Assembly (NCBI RefSeq): GCF_024521635.1
Contig: NW_026250424.1
Coordinates: 62,001 to 126,000, forward strand
Length of the DNA stretch: 64,000 nt
Direction: 5' to 3'
From: Tricharina praecox
Lineage: Eukaryota
How positions within the stretch are numbered: position 1 is the first letter of the stretch; each line of letters opens with the position of its first letter. A program made the translations under genes and the position numbers. Under the pieces are notes generated by a model, which saw only the letters and a program-made list of their open reading frames with translations, ran no database searches and had not been told where the DNA came from. Shown one piece after another: positions 24,322 to 38,613 of the stretch.

Positions 24322-26134
24322 TATATACTAATCCATGAAGACCGGCGAATCACAATCTGTTCTTGTTGCTCACCCTTTCGAATCGGAATAATTCACAGAT
24401 GAACTAATCATGATATGTAAACAACTAGGCCAGAGTCGGTCGTGTCGTGTTTAAGCATCGTATGAGGTCGAGTCTCAACAAGAGAGACTGATAGATACAA
24501 GATAAACTACTCTACCTACACGGGCCACCTTTCTCTACTACTCTATGACATCGACGAAGGTGTAAGGGAGGGAGGGAGGGAGGGAGGGTGTCACGGATTT
24601 CAGCCACAGAATTGCAGCAGTGCAATGGTAGAATGGCAGGTAGCACTGCAGCACTGCTCTGCTCAGACCCTTCCCCCCTGATTCCCTGAGGAATTCCCGC
24701 AGGAAAGGAAAGGGGTGTGCATACGATATGAAGGCATGGTACCAGAGTAACCGACTCCTCCATCGGAAATCTTGCAGAGTTACACGAGGAAGCCCGTGCG
24801 GAGGAGCTTCTTTCGACGGCCGGGGACGAAGACGGCCCCGTTAAGCTCAAGAGCCACTCAACGAAGACATTCGCCTCCCCGGTTCGGTTCGCACGCAAGC
24901 TAACAAGCACAAGCAGCCGAAGTGCGGGCGGGGCGGGGTGGGCAAAGACATGTCCACTTGCCGCGCCGATGTTTACTATACTTTACCCCGGGTTTCCTTC
25001 AGGCTTCGGGGCGAGGCGAGGAGGTTCAGGTTCATCCGGATCAAGCCCCAGGTACTTTCCAAATAGGTAGAGTACCTCTACCGCACGGACTGCGGTAGTT
25101 GAGAGTCAAAAGCCATCGCCATCGCCGACGTTGAAGTGATGGGATTCGGGATCCAATCACACTCTGCGTCTGAGCATCAGCATCATCATCATCACATCCC
25201 CGCTCGAACACCTGCCCACACAACCAACCGGTACATACGGCCGCGGGCCGCTTTGACGGATACTCTTCCGAGATAGGTACTCTTCCGATACTTGGTTATG
25301 TACCTAGAGTACGTGCTGCTGGCCCCCAGAGTCCCCGACAATGCGGAGAAGGCGAGCCATATCAAGTATATACAGCACCTATGTACCTAGCCTTCGTCTC
25401 CGCCTCCTCCATCTCCATCTCCATCTCCGAGGAGTGTGTGGCCCACTCACCCACCGGTGATGGTTACAGTTACACGGTGCGCACTCTGCCGCCATGGCAC
25501 AGAGCACACGCTTATCCAGGTTTACCGCATGCCTACCGCACTCTACCCACACATGCGTGCCCGTCTCTTGGCGATCGATCAAATGTCGCACATACACGCG
25601 GAAGCACCTTGATAGAGTACGCAAGCTGCCGAATGAACCTAAAAGACCGGCTATTAACCTGGCTACCTACTACCTAGACGCCCCGCGTGGTGGAGTGGTG
25701 GAGTGGATGTGGTGGAGGCGAAGCACTCCATGGCCGGCGATCGAAGCTCTGTACCTAGAAGGCTGAAGCTGAACGCACACGCCCTGCGTGGTGGAGGCGA
25801 AGCAATGATGTTCATCGCCGAGACGAGACGAGACGATGGTTGAGATGGCCAGGACGATGGCCGCGATCCTGAGAGCGTGCGAGAATCGATCGTATGCAGG
25901 ATGTATGTAGAGTTCATACACGGGCCCTTTTCATGAGCTGCTGCTGCTTCTGCTGCAAGGTGAGATTCGGAACGAAAGATGAAAAACAAGAAGAAGAAGG
26001 AAAGAAACTCGAAAGAAACTCGATCGTTCAGCTCGTCGCCTCCTCGTCCTCGTCCTCGTCCTCCTGTCCGATGTCTATCACTTTCCTTCCTTCTTCTTCA
26101 AAAAGCAAACTGGAAACTGGAGTCTGACTCCAAG

Positions 26135-26194
26135 GAAGAAGAAGAAGAAGAAGAAGAAGAAGAAGAAGAAGAAGAAGAAGAAGAAGAAGAAGAA
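26135..26194. repeat. (GAA)20 microsatellite
   Basis: Perfect run. Confidence 0.95.
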
Positions 26195-29100
26195 GACACA
26201 TCGGTACGGATATATCCACATATCCACATATCCACATCCAGCAACCACAAGCAGCAATCACAAGCAGGATCCGCGCGATATAATTCCTTCTTCTTCGCCT
26301 CCGCTTCTCCTTCTCCTTCTTCTCCTACGCCTCCACCTTTGCCTCGCCGCCGCCGTCATCGTCGTCGTCCGATCATGCAATTGGGTTATTGGACCCTTAC
26401 TCTATAGTAGAGTACCTACCCTTCAAAGTTCAGCCGGCACCTCTCGCCTCAAACCTTCCTTCCACATCCCATCGCTTCCCGTCGCTTCCCCGCCCCTCCC
26501 CCTCCCCCTCCCCAATGCCCCCCAATGCGCAGCGAAACATGCCGTTTCGAAAGAAAAAGTGTAGATCGTGTCTACGCATCGCGGGTGGCGAAAACTTATC
26601 ATATCTAGTTATTGCCGCGATATAACTAGAGTATGTATAGTATAGGTTGTATAGGTTGTATAGGTACATCGCAACGCAACTGCCGGTGTCACGTTTGTAA
26701 TTGCATGCGCAGAAACACCCCCACAGCCCCCAGATTCCCAGAATCGACCGTAGAATGGCCCAGACAAACAGCTGGACTGGCTGACCTGGCTGGCTGGCTG
26801 GCTGGCTGGCTGTTTCGAACTCTCGATCGGTTGAATTCAAGCCACTTAGTCAGCCGGTCAGCTGCGCTGTTTTTATGCCAGTGTTTATGGCAGTGGTAAC
26901 TACAGCAGGGGCAGCCACCTCCAGATATGTAATCGCAGGTAGATATGCACACGCACACGCGTATGATATCAGCGTAGAAAGCTCCGCGCAGAAAGCTCGA
27001 GGCGCTGTTTATGTTTCTGTTTCTGTTTCTCTTTCTGTTTCGTCAGCTCCAGCCTCCAGCCCCCAACATCCAGTCTCCAACAGAAGTAATCAGCCACCGA
27101 ACCGACAAGCGACGGCGGGCTGGCCAGTCGGTCGGTCGGTAGGTAGGTCGGGGAACACTGCGTACTCCATGTGTGTATGATAGTAGGTATATAGAGCAGT
27201 ATTATGCGTGCACACATCTTACACGCCCGGATATATGTACGGATAGCATAATCGCATATATGTGGAGTATCTATGAGGCTTGAACAGACTTCCGAAACAC
27301 CCTATCCACCCTATCCTTTTCCGATTGCCCGGTTCCAAACCTAGTATCTATAGAGACAGGTAAACACCATGCGGTATGTAGACACCCGTTTCGCTTCGCG
27401 GGCGGGCTGATGGCCGGGGCGAGGGCGAGCTACCTCTACTCTACTCCAGAGTAGGGAGTTCGTCGGTAAAGATCCATACCGTACTCTACATACCTCATAT
27501 GTATTATGCATATAGGAATATGAGCCTTCATCTCCGAAGCCCATTTTTGGGAGGAAGTTGACGTGTGTGTGTGTGCGTGTGTGTGTGTGATCGCTCACTG
27601 CCGGTACTAGTACTCTACTCTATGCAATATGTATATGTATAATACTGACATCCGCCGGCTTGCTTACTCCCTTCGGCTTCGGCCGAAAGTTTAAAAATCC
27701 AAGTCCAAAGTGCCCCTATCTACATACACACTCGTATTCGCTGTGGCGCTTTGAGGCTCCGCAGAGCAGCGCTCCGTGGTAGGTAAGTATTCGGATCGTC
27801 ATCCGTTCGCTGCGCAGAGATATGTACTGGTGTCCGACATATAGCAGAGTGATAACTACCTGGCAGTGGGCGAAGCCGGGTTTCGAGAAGATTTCCCGGT
27901 GAATAAAGCCGGGCGGATGGATCATGGTCTGCGATTCGGTACATACATACGGTATTGCGGTATTCAAGTTTGGTCCTGATGCACTGGAGTGGACTCGGAG
28001 TGGTGTACGCCATTCGCTAGAGGCATAATAATGGTGGTAATGGTCATTGACTCATTGGTGGTGGCGGGCGGTAACATGGTCGAGTGGTCGAGTGGTGATG
28101 GGCATCGAATTGAGGGCGACATGGTTGATGGGCATGGTGGATGGGCATGGTGAACCAAGAATTCAAAGCACCACCTCTCTCCACTCGAGAGTCCTCAGTC
28201 GACAAAGCCACACGCCATCATGACCTGTCACTCTACGCGTGCTCTTTCAACTTCGAGCCTTAATTATTAGTGCTTACAATTGTCGCCCCTTCCCCCCACT
28301 TTTTTTTCGCGCTATGCTTATACTTTACGCCTGCCAAACTGCTATATGTAACTAGCACAGTAGAACGGTACAATTGGACAGACAAGGAAGGAAGGAAGGA
28401 AGGAAGGGTCCCTCCCTCCTCCTTGCCTGCTACTCTAGTTCGTACCGTACCGCTGCCCTTGCAGACTCGCCATATCGCCCCCCTCGCAATCCCGCCCGAA
28501 AGTCACCCCGGACTACGCAGCACTATAACTAGTGACGCACGCCAAGCGCGGCGACGACAAAGCATGAATAATCATCCATCATCCATCATCCATCATCCAT
28601 CGTCCATCATCCATCGTCGACCATCCACCATCCACCGGCCGCGGTCCGGCTTCCGAATGACGCATGGTTATTAGATACTCTAAAGCACGGGGCGGGCCCG
28701 GGTTTTTACGGTGCCGTGCCGCGCCGAAGCCGCGGAGTAACGGACCCACGGAGAGCGGAGAGCGGAGAGCGGAGAGCGTTTCGGCGGGTATGTAGGTAGG
28801 ATGTAGGTATGATGCGGCGCCCGGATCCGCGTCGGCTGGCGGAATTGGCTGGGCACTGGGCACTGGGCACTGGGCACTGGGTACACAGTGGGTGCGCGCT
28901 CGCTCGCTCGGTTCCTTGCGTGCTGCGTGCTGCGTGCAGTACAACTGTAATCCGGCACATGCGGGCGGGCTCGATGGCGATGGCGATGGTACGATGGCAC
29001 GATGGTTGGTGTGCTGTGTATGGTAGGTATCATAGCTACTCTACCTAGGGCGTCGCGATGGCTTTGTACCACGCTCCACCACCGATTCAGCGAATGAATG

Positions 29101-30264
29101 CTTGTGCACCAACGACTGCGGGAATGTCGCCTGAGAACAACATTGAACATTGTATCTATAGTATGAGGTAGGTAGCCGCCCACGCCGAGCACTGCACTGG
29201 CACCAGCGTTTTCGATCACACCCCGCTGCCGGACCGTACTAGATTGTATGCTCGCGGATAAGTACCGTACACTCCTACAATGTAGGTACGTGTCGACATC
29301 ACCACGGTAGTTATGTCCGAGTGCTTCACAATACCTCGGTCGTGAAACACCCACCAGCCGCTCGTCTGCGATCGCCGGGTCTATGTACATACTTTGATAA
29401 GTTTCTTTACTGTGCTCGGAAACCAGGTACATAGCCGCTCGTGAAACAACAGTCCCTTTTGCGCTAGATAAAGCCGTGGTGCTGCGCGATGATGCTCTAC
29501 CTACCGTACTACTGTAGCAGGTATGTATATACCATGTTCTTCACCAGCGGATATCCAGCCGTGGACGTTAGCCCACCCGCCTCGGCCCGGAAGCGTGAAG
29601 CCCACGTTCGGGGAGCGGGGGACGCCTCAGCATGACCAATCACTCCAGTCTCTGGCTTTGTGGTGTTCGAGTATGTAAGCATTCGGTGCGGTGGGAGCAG
29701 CCAGGACTACTACGTGGTAACTAAGCCCGATACGATTGCCCAGCAATCACATCACTGCTACATACTTGTTATACTCTAGACCGCTCCTGGTGTCGGGCTC
29801 TCTTTCCCGTTGGCCTGTGGGAATAGGTATGTAGACAGCCGTGTTGCGGATTCACCGCAGGTCACTCGGAACTCTGCAGTCTACGGATTGGATTGTCGTA
29901 TCAAATCGTTGAGAGATTCGGTCGTGCTCTGGATCGGGCGTAGAGGCCGTCTCGCAGCAGCTGCGTTGGTGGTTGCCGAGGCATTAGGCTGGCAACGTGG
30001 TGCGGCAACGATCGTCGGCCGACTCATTGTGGCTGCGCCCGGTGCCGTTTAGAGAAGCGATTGTTGGAATATTTCGATTGTGTGGGCACATGTGATATGG
30101 TTACTTACTTCAAAGGGAGATCAAGTGACGAGTCAGTCACAAAATTGAGCCGTCTGGCGTGTGGCGTATGGAATAATTTTTAGGGTCCGCAAATTTACAT
30201 GTGCTGTTAAAGAGCGAGTGATATATAATGTTTCAGTGCTACACCACCGTGAAGGTTGCTGGTT

Positions 30265-32500
30265 CCGGCCGACATAGAACTTCCGATGTTGACCCCACCG
30301 CTCGTAACGAAGAGGGTCCGGCAGGCCTCAAGATCCCGCCAGCTGAAGACAGGACAGGACACTGCATCACCAGCCAGCCAGCCAACATCTCCCCCATCGC
30401 ACCCTCCTCCCGTTCCGCCACAACGCCGTTCTGCCACAACGCCGTACCGTCACTTAATCGTCGTCGTAACCTCGCAAAGCAGCGAAGCAGCGAGGCTGCG
30501 CGCCCTCTCCTCTCCCACTCCCCCACGTAACCCTCCCAGCCCCCTGGGGGGGGCGCGACACCTCAGCTCCTCGGGCCAACCGAGAATGCCCAAGGTGTCC
30601 GGGACCTCAATGTGCATCTTGATACCGGGCATCTCACCCCGACGGAAACCTCGTTTCGGAACGCGTAGCGTTGCAGTTTACCGGACGCCTCCGGGCACAC
30701 CAAGGCACACCACGGCACACCACCAGGCTTGACTTGAGCGTGGAGATGAATGCGTTTTCGGCGCGGAGATGGTAGGTGTACCTGGTGGTGCCGGGGATGA
30801 AGGCTGGAGCAGGAAGGGGGGGGGGGGGGGGTCATCAATTTTATTTCGCATCTATGAGCCTTTGTAGACTACGGCGAACACCAACTACACAACCAACCCT
30901 ACTCCGTCCGCGAGACTAGCTATGCGGCTCTCCCTATTGCCCTACTGGCCCCATCGGTGGTTACCACTCCTCCCCACCATCCTCCTCAACTCCTCCCACC
31001 TCCTCCTCCCAACGTTTCGGTTCGTCTTCCTCCCCAGAGGCAGATTCATCTCCTCTTCCTTCCCATTTTTTCTCCCTGGCCCTTCTTCCCACATCGGCCG
31101 CCTCCAGAAATTCCAGAACTGCTGCTGTGCACCTCCCATCCGCAAATAAATCTGCGATTCGAAAACGCTCTCGTCCACGCTTTGTTTGTATGTAGCCGGA
31201 CTACTTTCCATAGTTGCTTTCTGTTGCTCCCGCCAGCCATGCGGTACACACTTTGAACAGATTTTCGCGTGATTGGGAGGCTCCAGGTACTTTGGAGCAC
31301 CACCTGCACTAGTCATTCGATTGGCTTCCAATTCGTTTCAGATATGGTGCAGTAAGGGCTTGCACTGTCTTCAGCTGCCGCCTTGGGGGTGGCCTTCGCG
31401 GCGATTCGGGTGCTTCTTCGCGGCCGTGAGGCGCTTCTGGTTCTGGGCGCCATTGTCTCTTGATTTTCCAGGTGTGTTAACATAATTAGAGAAGAAGGTT
31501 TATCGATCGGGTGGCTTACTGTTGGAGTGGGCGAGTTGGTCCGATTTGAATTCGAAAATTGTAGAAGAGTGGATATTTTGTCGGTCGCGGGTGTTGAGGT
31601 CGTGAGATGAGATAAGATGGTGGAGTAGATGGTGGAGTAGATGGTGGAGAGATAGTGGAGAGATGATGGGAGAGAAGGATGGGAAGGACGGACAATTAAA
31701 TAAAGTACTAGGTCAAAAGTTTTCGTACGATGGCCGTTTTACACCAAAAATGCCCATTTTTAAGTAACCAAGACCCACCCTTCACGTGGCGGAAAAAAAT
31801 CGAGTCTTTCATAAAAGCTTTAATATCGCAAGTTGCATCACATATAAGAAGTCTGACGGGGTTTGCTTCGGATCGGTGGCGCATGGTGCGGTGTTGTGCA
31901 CGGGTTGGAGAGTGATTTCGGATTTTGCATGGGGCCCCCATACAAAATGATTGCGTGACAACCAGTTTCAACACCAACTTCTCTCCCATACGGCATTACT
32001 CGACCACCACCAGTTAGAATTATGTGCCGATTTCAATCGAGGTTCTCAACTTGATTTAGAAGACTTTCTGATAGCCCACATATTTTTATACCACCTTATG
32101 GTTGCTGTATCTATGGCGGGAAATGACCTGCATCGGTGAAAGGGAAATCCGCTAAGCCACCCTATTTCGCATAAAATAATCCTCCTGGCGAGCTGAAAAT
32201 CTTATTGAAGCTTTATTAGTATATATTCATGATATATGCCAATTATTGGTACTCTCTTAAGTGTGGTTGTTGTGTTATAGAGATATATGTCTGTGGGGTG
32301 GTGGCGCTTTTGGGGAGGTGTACGAAAACTTTTGACCTGGTATTTTACTTACGCGTGACTCATGAGAGCTCGCTCGTTGTACGAGTGACACTATATGCAT
32401 TCGACGAGTACGAACTAAAACTATGTCAGTGTCTACAATTTTATATCATGCTCACGTGTGCCCAAAACCCTGCAAGCACTACACTATGTACTCTATGATA
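30265..32500 (-). repeat. Dispersed gene-like repeat cassette, copy B (inverted, interrupted)
   Basis: Reverse complement aligns to copies A and C. ATG 31453 opens MAPRTRSASRPRRSTRIAAKATPK. Interrupted by the MITE at 31708-32340 and an unrelated segment at ~30830-31370. Confidence 0.85.
31708..32340. mobile_element. MITE, 633 bp, 21-bp TIRs, TA target duplication (Tc1/mariner-type signature)
   Basis: CTAGGTCAAAAGTTTTCGTAC (31708-31728) vs reverse complement CCAGGTCAAAAGTTTTCGTAC (32320-32340). TA at 31706-07 and 32341-42. Cassette homology resumes on both sides. Confidence 0.92.
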
Positions 32501-35095
32501 TGCAGAGAAGACTGACTGCGTGGCACTCGTCTCCAGCTCTGTCACCTCATCGATCGGCATCCGCGGGCGCCTTGTGCCTTGCGCGCCTTGCGCAAGCGAA
32601 AGACGCGTGGGGGCAATCCCGGTATGTACTCTACGTCTACGCTCGAGATCGTCAAACACGGCGGCGGGGGAAACGTCTTCACTCCAACCACTATTGCGTG
32701 GTAATTGTAATAGAGATATCGATCAATACTCCTCGGCGAGACTTTTGTTTCTCGAGGCGAAACCCTTGGCGGGGAGAACTTAGAAGTATGGATTACCGCC
32801 AGAAACTCCTGTTTATGAAACAGTCTACCGGACCAGGGATGGGCTTCGATGTGTGCTCACTGCCCGGGGCCGGTCATGGAAGGGAGAGTATTGCTTGTGC
32901 TGTGCACTGTGATTCGTCATTTCCTTCTTCTGTTCGGGGGAGGGCATGAGTGGTGGCACCAATTGTTGAGACTCGAGCCATGGAAGAATCGGCCTCTTTC
33001 GTTCATTTACACGTCGATTCCGCTTCGGTTTTCTCTAGTATCTACATACCTGTTCGATTGGACTTCAGGCGTTTGAATTTTGACTGTAGCGAGGAGTACT
33101 CGGCAAGATCTTGAATTGACTCTTGAGGCTGCAGAGGAGCCGACGATGCACCCACGTAGTCCTAGGGAACGAGAGAGGAATAAGGGGGAGAAGAGAGCCC
33201 AGCGGTCAGGTGGGAGCAGGTGGTACTGAGGATCAGGCGTTGAGTCCGTCCTCATCATACCCGCCACGGTAATGTTCAAAAGCCATCTCGTCTTCTGTCT
33301 CGATGTAGCTCGATTCCGCGCGGTGACTCAGTCTCCACCCACCTTCCAATGATACCAAGAGACTTCGATGCCTTTGGGGATATCTCTACCGCTTTTATAT
33401 TCCCGGCTTGAGTCTTGACTGTCTTAGATCCCGCCACTTCGGTTTCGGGATCCTCACGGGCACCTACTCTACATACCGGTATGGCTTGTGTTTGGCGGGT
33501 ACATACAAGGTACGAGACCGATTTTGCACTCAGCTTACCCAGCCCCGTGGGTACATACATCTTGTAAGTTATTTCTCGGTGCCTCGGGACCCGGCCGGAG
33601 GTGGAACGACCGGGATGTATTACCCTCTACAGTTCTCTAGAGGGTGGAGGCCGGGGGGCGCCGCCGCAGCAGCAGTAGACTCGGGACGACAGTTTACATT
33701 TCATCTTAGTACCCTGCCTACAGCGCTTCTGTATTGGCCGGCCTCATTCCTCATTCCTCGTGGGTCGGGCTCCTTCTTGCCCGCAGGCTGCAGCTGTCAG
33801 CCCTGGGAAAGCCATCGCGCCCTCGAGCGGCTAGCCAACCGGAGAAACCCACCGATCCGGAGCCCGAGAGCGATACCATAGTCATCCTACACGCCTCGCA
33901 GCCGGCCATGTCCGTCTGACACTGTCGTCACAGCAACGAGTATGTAGCAGTCGGTCGCAGTGATCTTGAGGCCTCATACCGATATTTTTGAACAGGTCGC
34001 TCAGACTGAGGCTGTAGTACCGTAATCGCCTGACTACCGTAGCGGATTGCTTCCGCCAGCACGGTGCCGCGACTCGCAGTGTGAGATGTCACGATGAAGA
34101 CATCGATATTCTGATCGCCGTACTCTACTCTACCTACTCTACTATGCACAGATGGTTATGGATGACCACCGCACCCACGCGCTCGGAGTTGCCACTCTCG
34201 CGGCCGCCGGTAGTACTGTACCACGCAGTGCCACGCAGTACAACCTCTATCTCGAACGGCAAACCCATCCCCATCCCCATCCCCATCCCGATTCCCCATG
34301 TCCATCCCAATCCCAATCCCAATCCTGGCATCACATCCGGCCCGAACGGGGGGCCGCAGGGGGGCGGGGCCACGGAGTTTCCACCCCCTCCCCCTGCCCT
34401 GTCGCACCGTGTGTAACGGCGCCAACCAGCCGGGATCAGATGGAATTTCCTGTTTCCCCTCAAAACTCCGGGGACCGGGGGCTCGAGGTGACACAGCTGT
34501 GAAACTCCGGACAATTCCGCCGGATAGAGTAGAGTAGAGTAGAGTACGGTAGCAAAGGCCAATTTGGGCCTTTTATTCCTTTCGTCGGTGCGAGCAGCGA
34601 TAGAGAGAGAGGGCCGGGCGGAGACCGAATCTGCGGCCTGTGGTCGGGACAGCGGCAGAGACGGATGAGGCGATGTCACTGCCATGGTCCAATAAGGTCG
34701 AATGCAAAGAAGGGGATACATAAAACATGAAGTGACACCTAATCCCTGAGCCCGACCCGATCCCGTACAGATCTCCGCGTGCGTAACTAGGGAGGGAAGA
34801 ACGGCAGTACGTCACAGCCACTCGTGTCCCAACGATCGTTGACTCCTTTCGGCACGCATCGCAGTGCAGTGCACTGCACTGCAGAGGCCGAGGCAAGAGC
34901 AGCGAAACTTGACATCTGATCTGACGGTAGGGTTGGTGATAGGAGGACTCAGGAGGTGACGGATGGCATCTGCAGTCGTGCGGACGAGAGTATATATCCC
35001 CCCATTACTCGGCCCAATAGCTGTACTGTAGATATCATACCTCAACAATACGGAAACCCAACAAACCACGAAGAGAGGAAAGAACCCCAACGCAA

Positions 35096-38000
35096 ATGGA
35101 CGAACTGACCAACAAGCTCGCCAACCTCGAGACCGAGGATGTCTCCAGCCGCGACAACTCCGTTCACTCAACCCCGTCGAAGACGGTACCCACGCCCTCG
35201 CCGATCCCGGGGCCGCCCGGGCTCCCCATCCTCGGGAACCTCACGGACCTCGACCCAGAGGTGCCATTGACGACGTTCATGCGGCTGGCGGACACGTACG
35301 GGCCGGTATTCTCACTGCAGCTCGGCGGCGGGCCGAAGCGGGTCTTCATCAACTCCGTCGAGCTGCTGGAGGAGGTGTGCGACGAGAAGCGCTTCGGCAA
35401 GATCGTGACCGGCGCGCTGGAGCAGCTGCGAAGCGGCGTGGGCGCAGGATTGTTCACTGCCCACACAGACGAGAAGGAGTGGGGTATCGCTCATAGGATC
35501 CTCATGCCCGCGTTTGGCCCGCTGGCTATCAGGGAGATGTTTGATGGTTTGTTGTTGTCCCCGTAAGCTGTGGACGGGGGAACGGAAGCTTATTGCAGGG
35601 TGTAGATATGCACGATATTGCCTCGCAGATGGTTATGAAGTGGGCGCGGTACGGCCCCGAGCACCGCATTCTGGCGACGGACGACTTCACGCGGCTGACG
35701 CTGGACACGCTATCGCTGTGCACCATGGGCTACCGGTTCAACTCGTTCTACACCAGCGATATGCACCCGTTCGTCGACGCCATGGTCGACTACCTCGTCG
35801 AGTCCGGACGGAGAGCGAACCGGCCCAAGCTGGCGAGCTTTCTCATGCGCGGGACGAACCAAAAGTACGCCGCCGATGTGAAGCTGATGCGCGATGTGGC
35901 CAGTGGCGTCGTCAAGACGAGGAGGGAGAATCCAACGCAGAAGAAGGACCTGCTGAATGCTATGATAAACGGAAGAGATCCGAAGACGGGCGAGGGGCTG
36001 GAAGATGAGTTGATTTATAGCCAAATGTAATCCATGCCCCTTCACATCTCTCGGTGTCATCACCATGCTGACGGCGACTCGCAGGATCACTTTCCTGATT
36101 GCCGGCCACGAAACCACATCAGGGCTATTATCCTTCGTCTTCTGCAACCTCCTGCAGCACAGCTCGGCCTACAGGGCCGCACAGAAGGAAGTCGACGACG
36201 TCTGCGGAAAAGGCCCGATCACAGCCGATCACCTGCCAAAGTTGAAATACATCTCAGCGGTCCTCCGTGAAACTCTGCGATTGAACCCCACCGCTCCACT
36301 ATTCTCTACGACCCTGAATTCCAATCAGGACCAAGACTCGGCGACTCTCGGAAACGGCAGATATGCCCTCGAAAAGGGACAAGCCATCATTGCCGTGCTG
36401 CCGAATATCCACCGTGATCCGAAGGTGTACGGCGAAGACGCGGATGTGTTCAAGCCAGAAAGGGTATACATCTCCCACTGCTCCCCTGCAGTAGACTGCG
36501 CCATCACATCACTAACAGGTAGCAGATGCTCGACGAAGAATTCGAAAAACTCCCCGCGGCCGCCTGGAAGCCGTTCGGAAACGGCATGCGCGGCTGCATC
36601 GGCCGGCCCTTTGCGTGGCAGGAGTCCCTACTAGTAGTGGCCCTGCTCCTGCAGCACTTCAACTTCGCCCTCGACGATCCTAACTACAAGCTGCAGCTGA
36701 AGCAGACACTCACTATCAAGCCAAAAGACTTCTATATGCGCGCGACCCTTCGCGACGGCATCGACGCCACCAAGCTCGAAAGAACCATGGCCGGCAGCAG
36801 CGCCACAGCGACGACAGAGGGAATCGCGAAGCCCGGGGAGGAGAAGGCAGCGGCAGCGGCAGCAGACAAGGACAAGCCGGCGCGAAAACCAATGTCGATC
36901 TTCTACGGCTCCAACACGGGCACGTGCGAAGCACTGGCGCAACGGCTTTCGACCAGCGCCGCTTCGCACGGCTTTGATGCAGCGATAGCAACTATGGATT
37001 CCGCGAACGGGAAGCTGCCGAAGGACCGGCCTGTTGTGTTCATCACCGCATCGTACGAGGGGCAGCCGCCGGATAACGCGACACACTTCATGGAATGGCT
37101 GCAGTCCCTTACCGGGGATGAAGCGGCGGGGACGAGTTTCGCCGTGTTTGGGTGTGGCCACCGCGACTGGAGGTCGACGTACCAGCGCATCCCGACGCTG
37201 GTCGACGAGCTGCTGCTCGCTCGCGGCGCCACCAGGGTCACCCCGAAGGGAGAGGCCGATGCGTCCCAGGGGGACATCTTCACCGAGTTCGACAATTGGG
37301 AAGATGCACAGCTCTGGCCGACGGTCACGGAACGCTTCGGTGGAAAGCCTGTGGCAACTGACGAGGCTACTACGTCGACTGTCTTGGTCGAGATTTCGTT
37401 TAAGAAACGCTCATCTAACCTGCGTATGGATGTGCGGGAAGCTCGAGTGACCGCTGCACACTGCCTCACCGCTCCAGGAGAGCCAGAGAAACGTCACCTC
37501 GAGATTGAACTCCCGAGCGACATGCCCTACCGCGCAGGAGACTACCTTGCCATCCTCCCCGTCAACCCTCGGGAGACCATCAACCGCGTGATGAAGCGCT
37601 TCCAGCTGCCATGGGACGCACACCTGCACATCTCGTCCACCGCGCCCACCGTCCTGCCCACCGACAGCGAGATCTCAGCGCACGACATCCTCGCCACCTA
37701 CGTGGAGCTCTCCCAGCCCGCGACCAAGAAAAACGTGCTCGCGCTCGCCGCCGCCGCAGACAGTGACCAACCCTCGATCAAGGCGTCACTCGAAGCCCTC
37801 GCCAGCACCTCCTTCCACGCCGAAATCACCCTGAAGCGCACCTCACCACTCGACCTCCTCGAGCGCTACCCCACACTCCTCTTCCCGCTCGGCGACTTCC
37901 TCAGCATGCTCCCGCCGATGCGCATGCGGCAATACAGCATCTCCTCCTCGCCGCTGACCAACCCGTCGCAGTGCACACTAACCTACAGCGTCCTCGACGC

Positions 38001-38613
38001 CGCCAGCAGCTCCTCCCCACCGCACCGCCACATCGGCGTAGCAACCACCTACCTCTCCACGCTCTCGCCGGGCAACGTCCTCCAAGTCTCCGTGCGCTCC
38101 TCCGCGCACTCCTTCCACCTGCCGCTGAACCTCGCCACGACGCCGATAGTAATGGTCTGCGCCGGCTCGGGTCTCGCGCCGTTCCGCGGGTTCGTGCAAG
38201 AGCGAGCGACGCAGCTTGCGGCGGGCCGGCAGCTCGCGCGCGCGCTGCTTTTTGTCGGCTGTAGGTACCACGATAGGGACAGACTGTATGCGGACGAGCT
38301 CAAGGAGTGGGAGAAGGCTGGTGCTATCGAGGTACACTATGCGTTCTCGAGAGAGCCCGAGTTGGCGGAGGGGTGTAAATATGTTCAGGATCGCATGCGG
38401 AAAGACGTGGACATGCTCATGGAGACGTGGGATGCGGGCGCGAAGGTGTTTGTGTGTGGTGGGGCAAGGGTAGGTGAAGAGGTCTCGAAGGTGTGTAAAG
38501 AAGCGTATAGGGAGAGAATGCGCGGGAAGGGAGAGGAGAAGACCGAGGACCAGGCGGAGGAGTGGTTCGCCGCGCTCAGGAATGAGAGGTTTGCTACGGA
38601 TGTTTTTGATTAG
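35096..38613 (+). CDS. CYP505: Bifunctional cytochrome P450/NADPH-P450 reductase (CYP505, P450foxy/BM3-like fatty-acid hydroxylase); 4 exons
   Basis: AGHETT I-helix, ETLR, PER, heme motif FGNGMRGCIG, FMN loop YGSNTGT, RQYSISS, GSGLAPFRGF, C-terminal DVFD*. Three GT-AG introns restore the frame. Confidence 0.96.

Noticed and set aside
28680..29432. 250-aa minus-strand ORF
   Set aside because: It runs through microsatellites, has no recognisable motif and has no proper ATG start.
32500..33560. Possible decayed gene on the minus strand
   Set aside because: Short ORFs without an identifiable family or a consistent splice pattern.
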